From NCBI GenBank assembly GCA_947632635.1, contig CANRQA010000004.1, forward strand, positions 1-50,904: a stretch of DNA of 50,904 nt, read 5' to 3'. A program made the translations under genes and the position numbers. Every line of letters begins with the position of its first letter. Positions within the stretch are counted from its first letter, which is position 1. This document shows positions 9,765 through 19,713 of this stretch, in pieces. The notes beneath the pieces were generated by a model. That model ran no database searches, was not told the DNA's origin, and saw only the letters and a program-made list of their open reading frames with translations. This stretch comes from an uncultured Clostridia bacterium. Its GTDB lineage: Bacteria; Bacillota; Clostridia; TANB77; CAG-465.

Positions 9765-10802
9765 TTACACTCCTTTTTTATAGTTCCCGGACTTAATATC
9801 TAGTAACCAATTATAATTATTTGTATACCAATCAATAGTTTTTTCAATTCCTGCTTCAAAACTTGTAGTTGGCTCCCATCCTAACTCATTTTTTATTTTA
9901 GAAGGATCTATACCATATCTTCGATCATGTCCTTTTCTATCTTCAACATAAGATATTAAATTTTCATTTATTTCATTATCATATTTTCTATTTAATATTT
10001 CAATTATTTTTTTTACAATATAAACATTAGTCTTTTCATTATGGCCACCTATATTATATACTTCACCAATCTTACCTTTTCTAACAACGATATCAATTGC
10101 TGAACAGTGATCTTCAACATAGAGCCAATCCCTAATATTCAAGCCATCTCCATATATAGGTAACTTTTGTTTATTAATACAATTGTAAATAATTAATGGT
10201 ATTAATTTTTCAGGAAATTGATATGGTCCATAATTATTAGAACATCTGGTAATTAATGCAGGGAATTGATGTGTGTCTACAAAAGACTTAACTATCATAT
10301 CTGCACTTGCTTTGCTTGCTGAATATGGGCTATGCGGTTGCAATGGTGTCTCTTCATTAAAATATCCAAATTCTCCTAAACTACCATATACCTCATCAGT
10401 AGACACTTGCAAATATCTTACTCCATTTTTATATTCTCCATTTTCATTTTGCCACTCATCTCTACAACACTCTATTAAAGATAATGTACCATTTATATTA
10501 GTCTCTACAAATTCTCTAGCACTATTAATAGAGCGATCCACATGACTTTCAGCAGCAAAATTAATAACAGTATCTATTTCATTTTTTCTTAAAATTTCTT
10601 TTACTAATCCCCTGTCTAGAATATTACCTCTAACAAAGGTATAATTTTTGTTTTTTTCTATATCTTTTAAATTAAATAGATTTCCAGCATATGTAAGTGC
10701 ATCTAAATTAACTATTTTTATATTATTATACTTATTCATCATATACCTTATAAAATTTGAGCCTATAAATCCTGCTCCTCCAGTTACTAACAAATTATTC
10801 AT
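9765..10802 (-). CDS. rmlB: dTDP-glucose 4,6-dehydratase
   Basis: GGAGFIGSN, AAESHVDRS, STDEVYG, YSASK and GHDRRY motifs. Confidence 0.96.
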   Translation of the reverse strand: MNNLLVTGGAGFIGSNFIRYMMNKYNNIKIVNLDALTYAGNLFNLKDIEKNKNYTFVRGNILDRGLVKEILRKNEIDTVINFAAESHVDRSINSAREFVETNINGTLSLIECCRDEWQNENGEYKNGVRYLQVSTDEVYGSLGEFGYFNEETPLQPHSPYSASKASADMIVKSFVDTHQFPALITRCSNNYGPYQFPEKLIPLIIYNCINKQKLPIYGDGLNIRDWLYVEDHCSAIDIVVRKGKIGEVYNIGGHNEKTNVYIVKKIIEILNRKYDNEINENLISYVEDRKGHDRRYGIDPSKIKNELGWEPTTSFEAGIEKTIDWYTNNYNWLLDIKSGNYKKGV

Positions 10803-10817
10803 ATAAATTATATCCTC

Positions 10818-11696
10818 CTATTTTGATAAATCATTTTTTAATAAATCGTTTATATATTTACCATAATTAGTTTTTATATTTTTATTAGCTAATTTTTTTA
10901 ATTGTTGAGAATCTATAAATCCTTTTCTCCATGCAATTTCTTCAATACAAGCAATATAAAATCCCTGTCTTTGTTGAATTGTTTCAACAAAATTACTAGC
11001 TTTCAACATTGTTGTTGGATTTCCAGTATCTAGCCAAGCAAAGCCTCTTCCAAATAAAATAACTTTTAATTTATTTCTTCTTAAATATTCATTATTAATA
11101 TCTGTAATCTCCAATTCACCTCTACTAGATGGCTTTATATTTTTAGCTATTTCTATAACACTATTATCATAGAAATATAGTCCCGGAACAACAAAATTTG
11201 ATTTTGGTTCTTTTGGTTTTTCTTCAATAGATACTACATTATATTGAGAATCAAATTCTACCACTCCAAACTCTCTTGGATCTTCAATTGGATAACCGAA
11301 TATATATGCTCCCTCTGACAAACTAGTAGCTATATCTAACTTTTCTTGAAAACTTTGACCAAAAAATATATTATCTCCTAATACTAAACAAACATTATCA
11401 GTTCCTATAAAATCTTCACCAATGATAAAAGCTTCCGCAAGGCCATTCGACTCTTCTTGAACCTCATATTTTATATCTATTCCTAATTCTTTACCATCTC
11501 CTAATAAATCCATATATAAAGAAATGTCTCTTGGTGTTGATATTAGTAATATTTCTTTAATTCCTGCCATTAATAATACAGATAATGGATAATATATCAT
11601 AGGTTTATCATAAATTGGTAATATTTGTTTTGATACACTTTTAGTTAAAGGTCCTAATCTAGTTCCTTTACCTCCGGCCAGAATTATTCCTTTCAT
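10818..11696 (-). CDS. rmlA: Glucose-1-phosphate thymidylyltransferase
   Basis: GIILAGG.GTRL, YDKPMIYYP, RGELEITD and WLDTG motifs. Confidence 0.96.
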   Translation of the reverse strand: MKGIILAGGKGTRLGPLTKSVSKQILPIYDKPMIYYPLSVLLMAGIKEILLISTPRDISLYMDLLGDGKELGIDIKYEVQEESNGLAEAFIIGEDFIGTDNVCLVLGDNIFFGQSFQEKLDIATSLSEGAYIFGYPIEDPREFGVVEFDSQYNVVSIEEKPKEPKSNFVVPGLYFYDNSVIEIAKNIKPSSRGELEITDINNEYLRRNKLKVILFGRGFAWLDTGNPTTMLKASNFVETIQQRQGFYIACIEEIAWRKGFIDSQQLKKLANKNIKTNYGKYINDLLKNDLSK

Positions 11697-11713
11697 TTTT
11701 TCACCCCCTATAA

Positions 11714-12055
11714 TTAACTAAATACTGAAAATATAATTATTCCGATTATAATAGTTGTTATTCCTATAATTTTCCTTTTCGTAAATTTTTCATTAAATAT
11801 AAAATAGCTAAATATAGGAATTAAAATATAACTTAATGTTTCTAAAATCATGCCTTGAGATAATTGTAATTTCCTATATGCAAGCATTGTTAAAAAAGTA
11901 GATAAAAGTAGCAAAAAATATGCTGTGATAACCCATATATTTAAATATTCATACATTTTTTTATTATATTCTTTATTAGCACTTTTTTTTAATAAAATTT
12001 GACTTATAGAAGCTATAAACACAGATATTAATAATAATAAAATATTTTTAGACAT
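11714..12055 (-). CDS. Small EamA/SMR-like 4-TM protein (ArnE/ArnF-like flippase subunit)
   Basis: SQILLKKSA and IFNEKFT..KIIG motifs. Start moved to ATG 12055, which has an AGGAG RBS upstream. Confidence 0.75.
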   Translation of the reverse strand: MSKNILLLLISVFIASISQILLKKSANKEYNKKMYEYLNIWVITAYFLLLLSTFLTMLAYRKLQLSQGMILETLSYILIPIFSYFIFNEKFTKRKIIGITTIIIGIIIFSVFS

Positions 12056-12056
12056 C

Positions 12057-12422
12057 TTATTTTTTCTCCTCTTTTTTTTCACTCATTAAAATAATAATAC
12101 CGAAAATTACAATAATGGAACCTACTATTTTTCCCAAAGTTATATGCTCATTAAGAAATAATGTACCAAGTATTAATCCCCAAATAATTACTATTCCTTT
12201 ATTAGAAAAAGCAAGTGACAAATTCATCCTTTTTAACACTTGTTGCCATATAATAGCATATATACCTAGAAATATTATGCTAATTGAATATCTAATAGCA
12301 ATTAACATAATTTCTGAATTATTATAAGTAGCAAATTTAGAGAAAAAAGAGCTTAAAGCATAAATAAAAAAAGCTACTTGTAATAAAAAATAATTAAAAA
12401 TGCTATTCTTCTTTAGTCTCAT
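12057..12422 (-). CDS. Small EamA/SMR-like 4-TM protein (ArnE/ArnF-like flippase subunit)
   Basis: WQQVLK and LFLNEHIT.GKIVG motifs; tandem with a similar gene and overlapping the ArnC-like GT2. Confidence 0.75.
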   Translation of the reverse strand: MRLKKNSIFNYFLLQVAFFIYALSSFFSKFATYNNSEIMLIAIRYSISIIFLGIYAIIWQQVLKRMNLSLAFSNKGIVIIWGLILGTLFLNEHITLGKIVGSIIVIFGIIILMSEKKEEKK

Positions 12423-13341
12423 TTACTACCTCCCTTATAACATACTGCGGATTATTATTAATAGCCATGTATATTCTCCCTACATATTCTCCTATTAATC
12501 CTAATAAAAATGTTATAACAGCACCAATGACAAGGTTAATTATTGTTATAGATGTCCAGCCTAAAGGTACATTAGGATTAGTAAATTTATTTATTAAAAA
12601 TACAATAACAAATACTACTGCTAAGATACTAAAAAGACATGCAAATATTAATGCAATTCTTAAAGGCCTTACAGAAAAATTTGTAAATCCATTCATTAAA
12701 AGGCTTATAAGCTTCCTTAAATTATAATTAGATTTTCCAACAGCTCTTTTTTCGTGAATTACCGTTACATTTTTTATTTTATTCGTTGTCCTAAGAATCA
12801 GTCCAATAATATAAGGATAAGGATTATCATAGGTTATTATTTCATCTTTAATATACTTTTTCATTGCGAAAAAACTTGAGACATATAACGATTTTGGTTT
12901 GTTAAGTAATTTTACAGCCATAAAATCATTGACCCTACTTCCAAAATTTCTAAAAAGGCTATGTTTTTTAAAATCATATTTTGCATATACAACATCACAA
13001 TCTTCATCCAATGCACTAATAATTTTTTTAATTTCACTAGGCTTTGTTTGTCCATCATCATCCATACAGACAATTATATCACCAGTTGAGTATTTAAGTC
13101 CTGCCATTATAGCATTATGTTGTCCAAAGTTCTTAGCAAGATCAATAGCTACTATTTTTTTATTTTCTAATGACAATTTTTTTATCTTCATAAACGTTTT
13201 ATCTTTAGAACAATCATTTACTAAAACAATTTGATAATCGTATTCTTGTAAATCCATGTTTATGGTATTTATCAAATTGTCTATGGTTCTATTAATAAAT
13301 AATTCAGAATTATAACATGGAATAACATAAGAAATCTTCAT
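12403..13341 (-). CDS. ArnC-like polyprenyl-phosphate glycosyltransferase (GT2)
   Basis: VIPCYN, NDCSKD, KNFGQHNAIMAG, MDDDGQ, two C-terminal TM helices and GEYVGRIY. Confidence 0.9.
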   Translation of the reverse strand: MKISYVIPCYNSELFINRTIDNLINTINMDLQEYDYQIVLVNDCSKDKTFMKIKKLSLENKKIVAIDLAKNFGQHNAIMAGLKYSTGDIIVCMDDDGQTKPSEIKKIISALDEDCDVVYAKYDFKKHSLFRNFGSRVNDFMAVKLLNKPKSLYVSSFFAMKKYIKDEIITYDNPYPYIIGLILRTTNKIKNVTVIHEKRAVGKSNYNLRKLISLLMNGFTNFSVRPLRIALIFACLFSILAVVFVIVFLINKFTNPNVPLGWTSITIINLVIGAVITFLLGLIGEYVGRIYMAINNNPQYVIREVVNETKEE

Positions 13342-13343
13342 TG

Positions 13344-13880
13344 TTATTCTCCTTTCTTATTATTTATAATTGCCATAAAAATCATATCTTGATAAGAAGA
13401 TTTTTCAGATATAAAAACATCATCCTTAAAAACACCTTCTATTTCGAAACCTGCTTTTTTATATGAATTAATAGCAATTACATTTTCTTTAAAGACTCTT
13501 AAGAATATTTTATGTAGTTTTAATTCATCAAAAGCATACTTTATAACTAAACTTGCAGCCTCACTACCAAGGCCTTTTCCTCTACAATCATTCTCACCAA
13601 TAAAAATACCATACTCCGCTTTATTATTATTATAATCTATATCTCTTAAATATACAGAACCGACATCTTTATTTTTCAATTTATCTACAATTATAAACTG
13701 TTTAGTTTTACCAGTTAAAATTGTAGAATTAAACCATTTAGTATGCCCTTCAACTGTAAAAGCAGATTGTATGCAAAAATTTTTCTTTACATTAGGATTA
13801 TTCCTCCACTTGATTATATTATTAGTATCTTCTAATGTAATATCTCTTAATATTATCTTATTACCTATCAGCATATTCAT
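13344..13880 (-). CDS. GNAT N-acetyltransferase (RimJ/PseH-like), probable nucleotide-amino-sugar N-acyltransferase
   Basis: RGKGLG acetyl-CoA motif and N..AINSYKKAGF; directly downstream of the aminotransferase. Confidence 0.85.
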   Translation of the reverse strand: MNMLIGNKIILRDITLEDTNNIIKWRNNPNVKKNFCIQSAFTVEGHTKWFNSTILTGKTKQFIIVDKLKNKDVGSVYLRDIDYNNNKAEYGIFIGENDCRGKGLGSEAASLVIKYAFDELKLHKIFLRVFKENVIAINSYKKAGFEIEGVFKDDVFISEKSSYQDMIFMAIINNKKGE

Positions 13881-13886
13881 TTCCCC

Positions 13887-15014
13887 TTATTTTAGTATTT
13901 CTAAAACATTTTTTGTGACATATTCAATTTCATCATCACTCATATCAGCCCATAATGGTAATCTAACCAATCTTGAAGCATATTCTTCAGTAACAGGTAA
14001 ATCCCCTTTACTGTATCCTAATTTTTTTCCCATTGGTGAATCATGTAAAGGTATATAATGAAATGTTGCCATTATTCCTTTTTCTTTTAGCTTGTTAATA
14101 AAGTAATCTCGATCATTTTCAGTATTTAATATTAAGAAATACATATGTGCATTATGAGTTGAATATTCAGGAATATATTGTCTAATAGCATTTCCTCTCT
14201 CCTCAAGTATTTTAAAATTGTCATTATAATTATTCCAAATACTTAATCTTTTATTCATGATTTCATCAAATCTTTGAAGTTGACCATATAATAATGCTGC
14301 TAAAATATCTGATGGCAAATAAGATGAACCAATATCTCTCCACGTATATTTATCAACTGCTCCTCTAATAAACTGACTTCTATCAGTACCTTTTTCGCGT
14401 ATAATTTCTGCTTTTAAATAATCTTCACTAGATTTGGTAATTAAAGCTCCTCCTTCTCCCATAACATAATTTTTGGTTTCATGAAAACTATAACAACCAT
14501 AATCTCCAATTGATCCTAAAGGTACATTTTTATAATAAGCTCCTACTCCTTGAGCCGCATCTTCAACTACTTTCAAATTATATTTTTTAGCAATATCCAT
14601 TAGCTTATCCATATCACATGAAACTCCAGCATAATGAACTACAAATATGGCTTTTGTATTCTTTGTTATTTTACTTTCTATTAGATTAACATCTATATTC
14701 ATAGTTCTTTTGTCAATATCAATAAAAACTGGTATCGCCCCTCTAAGCATTACTGCATTTACAGTAGATACAAAAGTATATGATGGTAATATAACCTCAT
14801 CACCTATACTCAAATTTAATAATATTGCACTCATATCTAATGCGTGTGAGCAAGAAGTTGTAAGTAAAAAATTATTAATATTAAGCTTTTCCTTAAACCA
14901 CGAATTACATAAATATGTAAATTCGCCATCTCCACAAATCTTAAAATTATCTAATGCCTTATTTATATATTTTTTTTCTACATCTGTTATAGACGCCTTG
15001 TTAAATGGTATCAT
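13887..15014 (-). CDS. wecE: dTDP-4-amino-4,6-dideoxyhexose transaminase (WecE/RffA-like)
   Basis: PSYTFVST, VEDAAQG, SFHETKN (PLP lysine), REKGTDRS, VDKYTW..IGSSY and FHYIPLH motifs. Confidence 0.9.
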   Translation of the reverse strand: MIPFNKASITDVEKKYINKALDNFKICGDGEFTYLCNSWFKEKLNINNFLLTTSCSHALDMSAILLNLSIGDEVILPSYTFVSTVNAVMLRGAIPVFIDIDKRTMNIDVNLIESKITKNTKAIFVVHYAGVSCDMDKLMDIAKKYNLKVVEDAAQGVGAYYKNVPLGSIGDYGCYSFHETKNYVMGEGGALITKSSEDYLKAEIIREKGTDRSQFIRGAVDKYTWRDIGSSYLPSDILAALLYGQLQRFDEIMNKRLSIWNNYNDNFKILEERGNAIRQYIPEYSTHNAHMYFLILNTENDRDYFINKLKEKGIMATFHYIPLHDSPMGKKLGYSKGDLPVTEEYASRLVRLPLWADMSDDEIEYVTKNVLEILK

Positions 15015-15037
15015 TCCATTTACCTCCTTAAAACTAT

Positions 15038-15820
15038 CTAGTTGTTCTTTATACCTCTAATTCTATTAAAAATTCTTTTTATTCTAATTTTTATACTAAC
15101 ACATATATCAACAATTCTTAGCATAAATTTCATTTTATGCCTTCTGAAAAATAATTTTGCTTTCTCAGGTTTACTAGCCCATGTTGCATCAAATCTATGA
15201 ATCATACAAGAATTGTCAGTAAATTTATTATCTTGATAATCATAACTTAATGGATAAAAGTAATCTCTAGGATAAACTGTCAAATTACCATTATAAAATT
15301 TCTGTACCTCATCTTTATCCTTTTTAAATCCTATTTTTTCAAGTATTTTAGTAATTTGCCTTGGTATAGACATTGCGTAAATATCATTTACATCAAATCC
15401 ATTTAAATTATCGTATTGACCAATTAACTCATCAATAAACACATTATGAGGTTTTTTTGCACCTATAACAGCTGCATTAACAAGACCTGAGTCTTCTATG
15501 CCTACAAAACATTCTTGCTCTAAAATATTTGAAATGTCTTTTATTATTTCCATATCAGTATCTAAATATATACCACCATATTCAGATAGTGCCTTAAGTC
15601 TTGCATAATCCGCCACAAAGGCCCATTTTTTGTTTTCATATGCTTGCTTTACAAATTTATTTTGATTAAAGTCAAAATTTTCTTCATTCCATAGCTTTAT
15701 CTCAAAGTTTGGCAAATATTCTTTCCATGTTTTCATACATTTTTTTGCAAGTTTAGATAAAGGTTTAGGTCCAAACCAACAATAATGTATAATTCTAACA
15801 AATTCTTGATTATTATTCAA
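15038..15820 (-). CDS. GT32 / DXD-motif glycosyltransferase (OCH1-like)
   Basis: IIHYCWFG, WAFVADYARL and GGIYLDTD motifs. Confidence 0.9.
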   Translation of the reverse strand: MNNNQEFVRIIHYCWFGPKPLSKLAKKCMKTWKEYLPNFEIKLWNEENFDFNQNKFVKQAYENKKWAFVADYARLKALSEYGGIYLDTDMEIIKDISNILEQECFVGIEDSGLVNAAVIGAKKPHNVFIDELIGQYDNLNGFDVNDIYAMSIPRQITKILEKIGFKKDKDEVQKFYNGNLTVYPRDYFYPLSYDYQDNKFTDNSCMIHRFDATWASKPEKAKLFFRRHKMKFMLRIVDICVSIKIRIKRIFNRIRGIKNN

Positions 15821-15835
15821 TATAGGTCCTCCTCT

Positions 15836-16888
15836 TTAACAATCAATGCTAGTATATCTAATAGCAAAAAACTTATAATATATACTCTTTTTTAAATAAT
15901 GTTCAAGTAACTTATAATTATTATTTTGTATAGCTTTATATAACAATCTATTGCCAATTTTTTTTATAAATCCTTGAGAGCTAATTTGTTTCTTAAAATA
16001 ATAATTTTTATACATCTTTTTTTGTAAAATTTTAATTTTATCACAAAATTTTTCAATAAGAATTTCTTTATTTTCACAATTCATTATATTTTCTAATAAA
16101 TTTTCATAATATCTTCTTGTAAATAGCATATATTGTGCTTTTTCTTTAACATCTATAGGTTCACTTAAGCCATCAATTCTATCAAATATAATATCTAATG
16201 CATCAATTAAGTTAAGTTGATTTAAATTAAATTTTTCATGCATAACTGAGTTTTTGTTTTGAACATATTTATATAACATTTCATTTATATAACTAATATG
16301 TTTTGCCTTTAATAACAATAAAGGTATAGTTGCTAAATCTTCATAATTTATATGTTCTGGAAAACTTATTCCACTAAAAAGTTCTTTTTTTATGATTTTA
16401 TTACAACAAGAAGGCATTATTAAAACATCAAAGCATCCCCATTTATTATCTTTAATGTTAACGTTTTTAGCCTCTAATCTAAAGTTTTCTTTAGGATTAT
16501 CATAATCAATATTTTCAAAATCACAAATAACAATATCGGACTTTTCATCAAGTATTTTTGAGAACATCTTTATATACATATTCTCATCAATATAATCATC
16601 AGAGTCAACAAAACTTATATATTTTCCTTTTGATTCTAATATTCCAACATTTCTTGAAGCACCTCTACCTCTATTTAGCTGTGATACATAACGAATTTGA
16701 TTTTCATATTTAGAAATATATTCTTCAATTATTTCATTTATATTTCCAGTAGATCCATCATTAATAACTATAATTTCAGATTTTATATTAACCTTTTTTA
16801 TAGAATTAATAACTGATTCTATACACCTTTTAAAATATTTTTCCGTATTAAATACTGGAATAATAACTGATAACTCTACCTGATCCAT
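15836..16888 (-). CDS. Glycosyltransferase family 2
   Basis: SVIIPVFN, NDGS, SRNVG, FVDSDD and YED motifs. Confidence 0.92.
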   Translation of the reverse strand: MDQVELSVIIPVFNTEKYFKRCIESVINSIKKVNIKSEIIVINDGSTGNINEIIEEYISKYENQIRYVSQLNRGRGASRNVGILESKGKYISFVDSDDYIDENMYIKMFSKILDEKSDIVICDFENIDYDNPKENFRLEAKNVNIKDNKWGCFDVLIMPSCCNKIIKKELFSGISFPEHINYEDLATIPLLLLKAKHISYINEMLYKYVQNKNSVMHEKFNLNQLNLIDALDIIFDRIDGLSEPIDVKEKAQYMLFTRRYYENLLENIMNCENKEILIEKFCDKIKILQKKMYKNYYFKKQISSQGFIKKIGNRLLYKAIQNNNYKLLEHYLKKSIYYKFFAIRYTSIDC

Positions 16889-16896
16889 ATTTTCTC

Positions 16897-17949
16897 CTAA
16901 TCATCTATAAATTTTCTTAATAAATTGGTAGCTAATACATTGTAATCTTTTTTCCATTCCTTATATAAGTCAATTATTTCAAGTTTATGATTCATACACT
17001 CTATAGCTTTATTATATATTTCATCTATATTATCTTCTGATTTAACTACTAAATATTCATATAATTTTGTATCTTTAAAATAACTATTATTATTTCCTAT
17101 TATACATGGTACACCTAATTCAAGACTTTCAAGTGGAATTACAGGTGAGCATTCAGTAAATGTAACATACATATTAACATCATTTAAAGCCATCCTATTT
17201 AATAACTCTTGTCTTGGCAAATATTTTAAATTTTTATCATTTATGTTTATACACATTGTTTTACAAAATTCATCTATTAATGGTGTTACTGGAATAATAT
17301 CTATAACTGAGTTTTTTATCATGGATGCAGCACTTAATTGATTAACAACATTTTTTCCCCATCTATCTCCAGCAGCATATAAGCCTAAATATATTTTGCC
17401 TTCATTTTTCTTGAAAGCATTTTTATTCGTAACGCTGATATCCTTAACATTATTTGTAACATAAAAAGAGTTATATCCTTTTTTACTATATAATGTTGCC
17501 ATGCTCTCCTTGAAAAAACCGATAGTATCAATAAGTCCTCTATCAAGCATTTCTATTATACTATATAAAAAATATGATTCGTCCCTTTCAACAAACATTG
17601 AATGAGTGCCATGCCATAAAAATTTAATTTTTATATTTTTATTCTTTTCTTTTATTTTTTCAACTAAAGCTTTCCAACCAAACGTTATTGAGCTAAATAC
17701 TATATATTTTATATCAATTTCAATTATAGCATCCACTATATCATTAATTTGTTTAATATTTAATAGCTCATTTATTCCAACAGTATTTTTAAATAAATCT
17801 TTTGTAGAATTCATAATTCCTAAACATTCTGGATTATATATAGCAAAGCCATCGCTTCCAGAAAAAGCTTTAATTTTTTCTATAATTGCATTTGTATCAT
17901 TTTTCGGATAAAATAAAATACTCTTTATTTTCTTTATATGTCTTGACAT
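16897..17949 (-). CDS. GT-B fold glycosyltransferase-like protein
   Basis: ECSPVIPLE (EX7E) motif; clear paralog of the C-terminal part of 17965..19713. Confidence 0.75.
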   Translation of the reverse strand: MSRHIKKIKSILFYPKNDTNAIIEKIKAFSGSDGFAIYNPECLGIMNSTKDLFKNTVGINELLNIKQINDIVDAIIEIDIKYIVFSSITFGWKALVEKIKEKNKNIKIKFLWHGTHSMFVERDESYFLYSIIEMLDRGLIDTIGFFKESMATLYSKKGYNSFYVTNNVKDISVTNKNAFKKNEGKIYLGLYAAGDRWGKNVVNQLSAASMIKNSVIDIIPVTPLIDEFCKTMCININDKNLKYLPRQELLNRMALNDVNMYVTFTECSPVIPLESLELGVPCIIGNNNSYFKDTKLYEYLVVKSEDNIDEIYNKAIECMNHKLEIIDLYKEWKKDYNVLATNLLRKFIDD

Positions 17950-17964
17950 TTTATCCCCCTTAAA

Positions 17965-19713
17965 TTACATATTTAAAAATTCCTCTACACTTTTTTTACT
18001 AATAGAATCATATTCTTCTTTCCATTTATTATAAATTTCAAAAATCTTATCCTTATTCTTTAAAGCATATTCTATCTTTTCAGAAATACAACAAACATCA
18101 TCTTCTCTAGAAACAACTAAATATTCCTCTAGTTCACTATTTTTAAAATAATGATGATTATCACCCGTTAAACAAATTGTCCCAACTTCCATACTTTCTA
18201 TTGGTAACATTGGTGCACATTCAGAAAAAGTAACATATAGATTTATATCATTTGTGGACATCTTTTTTAATAATTCTTTTCTTGGAATGCCCTTATCAAT
18301 TCCATACATTTCTATACCTAATTTTGAAGCAAAAACTTGTCCTTCAAAATTTAATGGTACACTATCAATAATTGTATTTTTTATAATTGATGCTCCCGCA
18401 ATTTGATTAAACATATTCTTTCGCCAATCCATACCAGCAGCATAAAGCCCTATAACTATATTTTTTCTACTATCATTTTTTAACTTATTAATATCATATT
18501 TTAAATTCTCATCTAACCTTACTGTATTTTGTATAAATGCAGTTATGAAACCTTGAGATTTATAAAAATTAACGAGACTTTCTTTACAAGTTCCAAACAC
18601 ATCTATAACTCCAGCTCTATATAAATTTATTACTTTAAGATTTGTCTTCCAATTCATAATATCAACAAGTTGATTATTTATTTGAGAGTTACTGCTATGC
18701 CAAAATACTTTTATTTTTATATTACTATCTAACTTTTTTATTTTTCTTGCTAATCTATCATATCCATACTCAAAAGCACTAAAAATAACTTGTTTTGGCT
18801 TAATCTCTATTATTATATTTGCAATTAAATCTACTTGACTATTTGTAATAATTCCTTGTAATGGTACTAAGTTTTCAAATAATTCTTTAGTAGCACTTGT
18901 AACTCCCATCCATCTAGGATTATGAAAAACAATATACTCTACTTTTTTATTTTTATATTCGTTCAATATATTTAATGCAGTATTGACAGATTCTTTTATT
19001 GATGTTCTATTTTCAAACTTGCCTTTTGACTGTTTTCTTATATATCTATGTCTACCAATATTATTTCTTATAATATCCATAAGAGTAAGTAAATATCTTA
19101 ATGCATATGGACCAAATAGCTTATAAATAAAAAATTTAATTTTTACATATATTGAAAGTTTATCATTTTTATATAATATTAACTTTGTATTTTCTGATAT
19201 ATTCTTTCCATGTTTTTCATAATCTAAAGGATAAAAATAATCATATGGATAGATAAATACATTATCCTCTAAAACAACCAAAGAATTATATATTCTTGAT
19301 AAATCTCGCTTCGCAATTTTAGAAAATATTTGAGTAATATTAACATTCTCATTAGCATTTTCAATTTCGGTTAATACTTGCTTTATAAAAAGATTATTTT
19401 TTTCTTTAGCCCAAATAATATTTGTAGCAATAGTATTTTCACTATCAAATCCTAAAAAAACCTCATTACTAAAAAAGTTACTTAATGAATCTCTTATTTC
19501 AATTTCTCCATCTAAAACTAAGCCACCTTCTTTATATGCGATATAAAATCGTAAATAATCATTATACAGAGGACTTTCTTCACTAAGTTTAATATTATCT
19601 TTATACTTTTTCAATTCATTAGTTGTTAAAATATGTAAGTCAATATCACTTATATATTTATTATAATTTAAGTAATATTTTTTTGTATCATTTAAAACAA
19701 ATACTTTATTCAT
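17965..19713 (-). CDS. Two-domain glycosyltransferase: degenerate GT32-like N-domain plus GT-B C-domain
   Basis: N-terminal DYLRF...GGLVLDGE and YPYDYFYP resemble 15038..15820; C-terminal GLYAAG, WRKN and ECAPMLPIE resemble 16897..17949. Confidence 0.75.
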   Translation of the reverse strand: MNKVFVLNDTKKYYLNYNKYISDIDLHILTTNELKKYKDNIKLSEESPLYNDYLRFYIAYKEGGLVLDGEIEIRDSLSNFFSNEVFLGFDSENTIATNIIWAKEKNNLFIKQVLTEIENANENVNITQIFSKIAKRDLSRIYNSLVVLEDNVFIYPYDYFYPLDYEKHGKNISENTKLILYKNDKLSIYVKIKFFIYKLFGPYALRYLLTLMDIIRNNIGRHRYIRKQSKGKFENRTSIKESVNTALNILNEYKNKKVEYIVFHNPRWMGVTSATKELFENLVPLQGIITNSQVDLIANIIIEIKPKQVIFSAFEYGYDRLARKIKKLDSNIKIKVFWHSSNSQINNQLVDIMNWKTNLKVINLYRAGVIDVFGTCKESLVNFYKSQGFITAFIQNTVRLDENLKYDINKLKNDSRKNIVIGLYAAGMDWRKNMFNQIAGASIIKNTIIDSVPLNFEGQVFASKLGIEMYGIDKGIPRKELLKKMSTNDINLYVTFSECAPMLPIESMEVGTICLTGDNHHYFKNSELEEYLVVSREDDVCCISEKIEYALKNKDKIFEIYNKWKEEYDSISKKSVEEFLNM

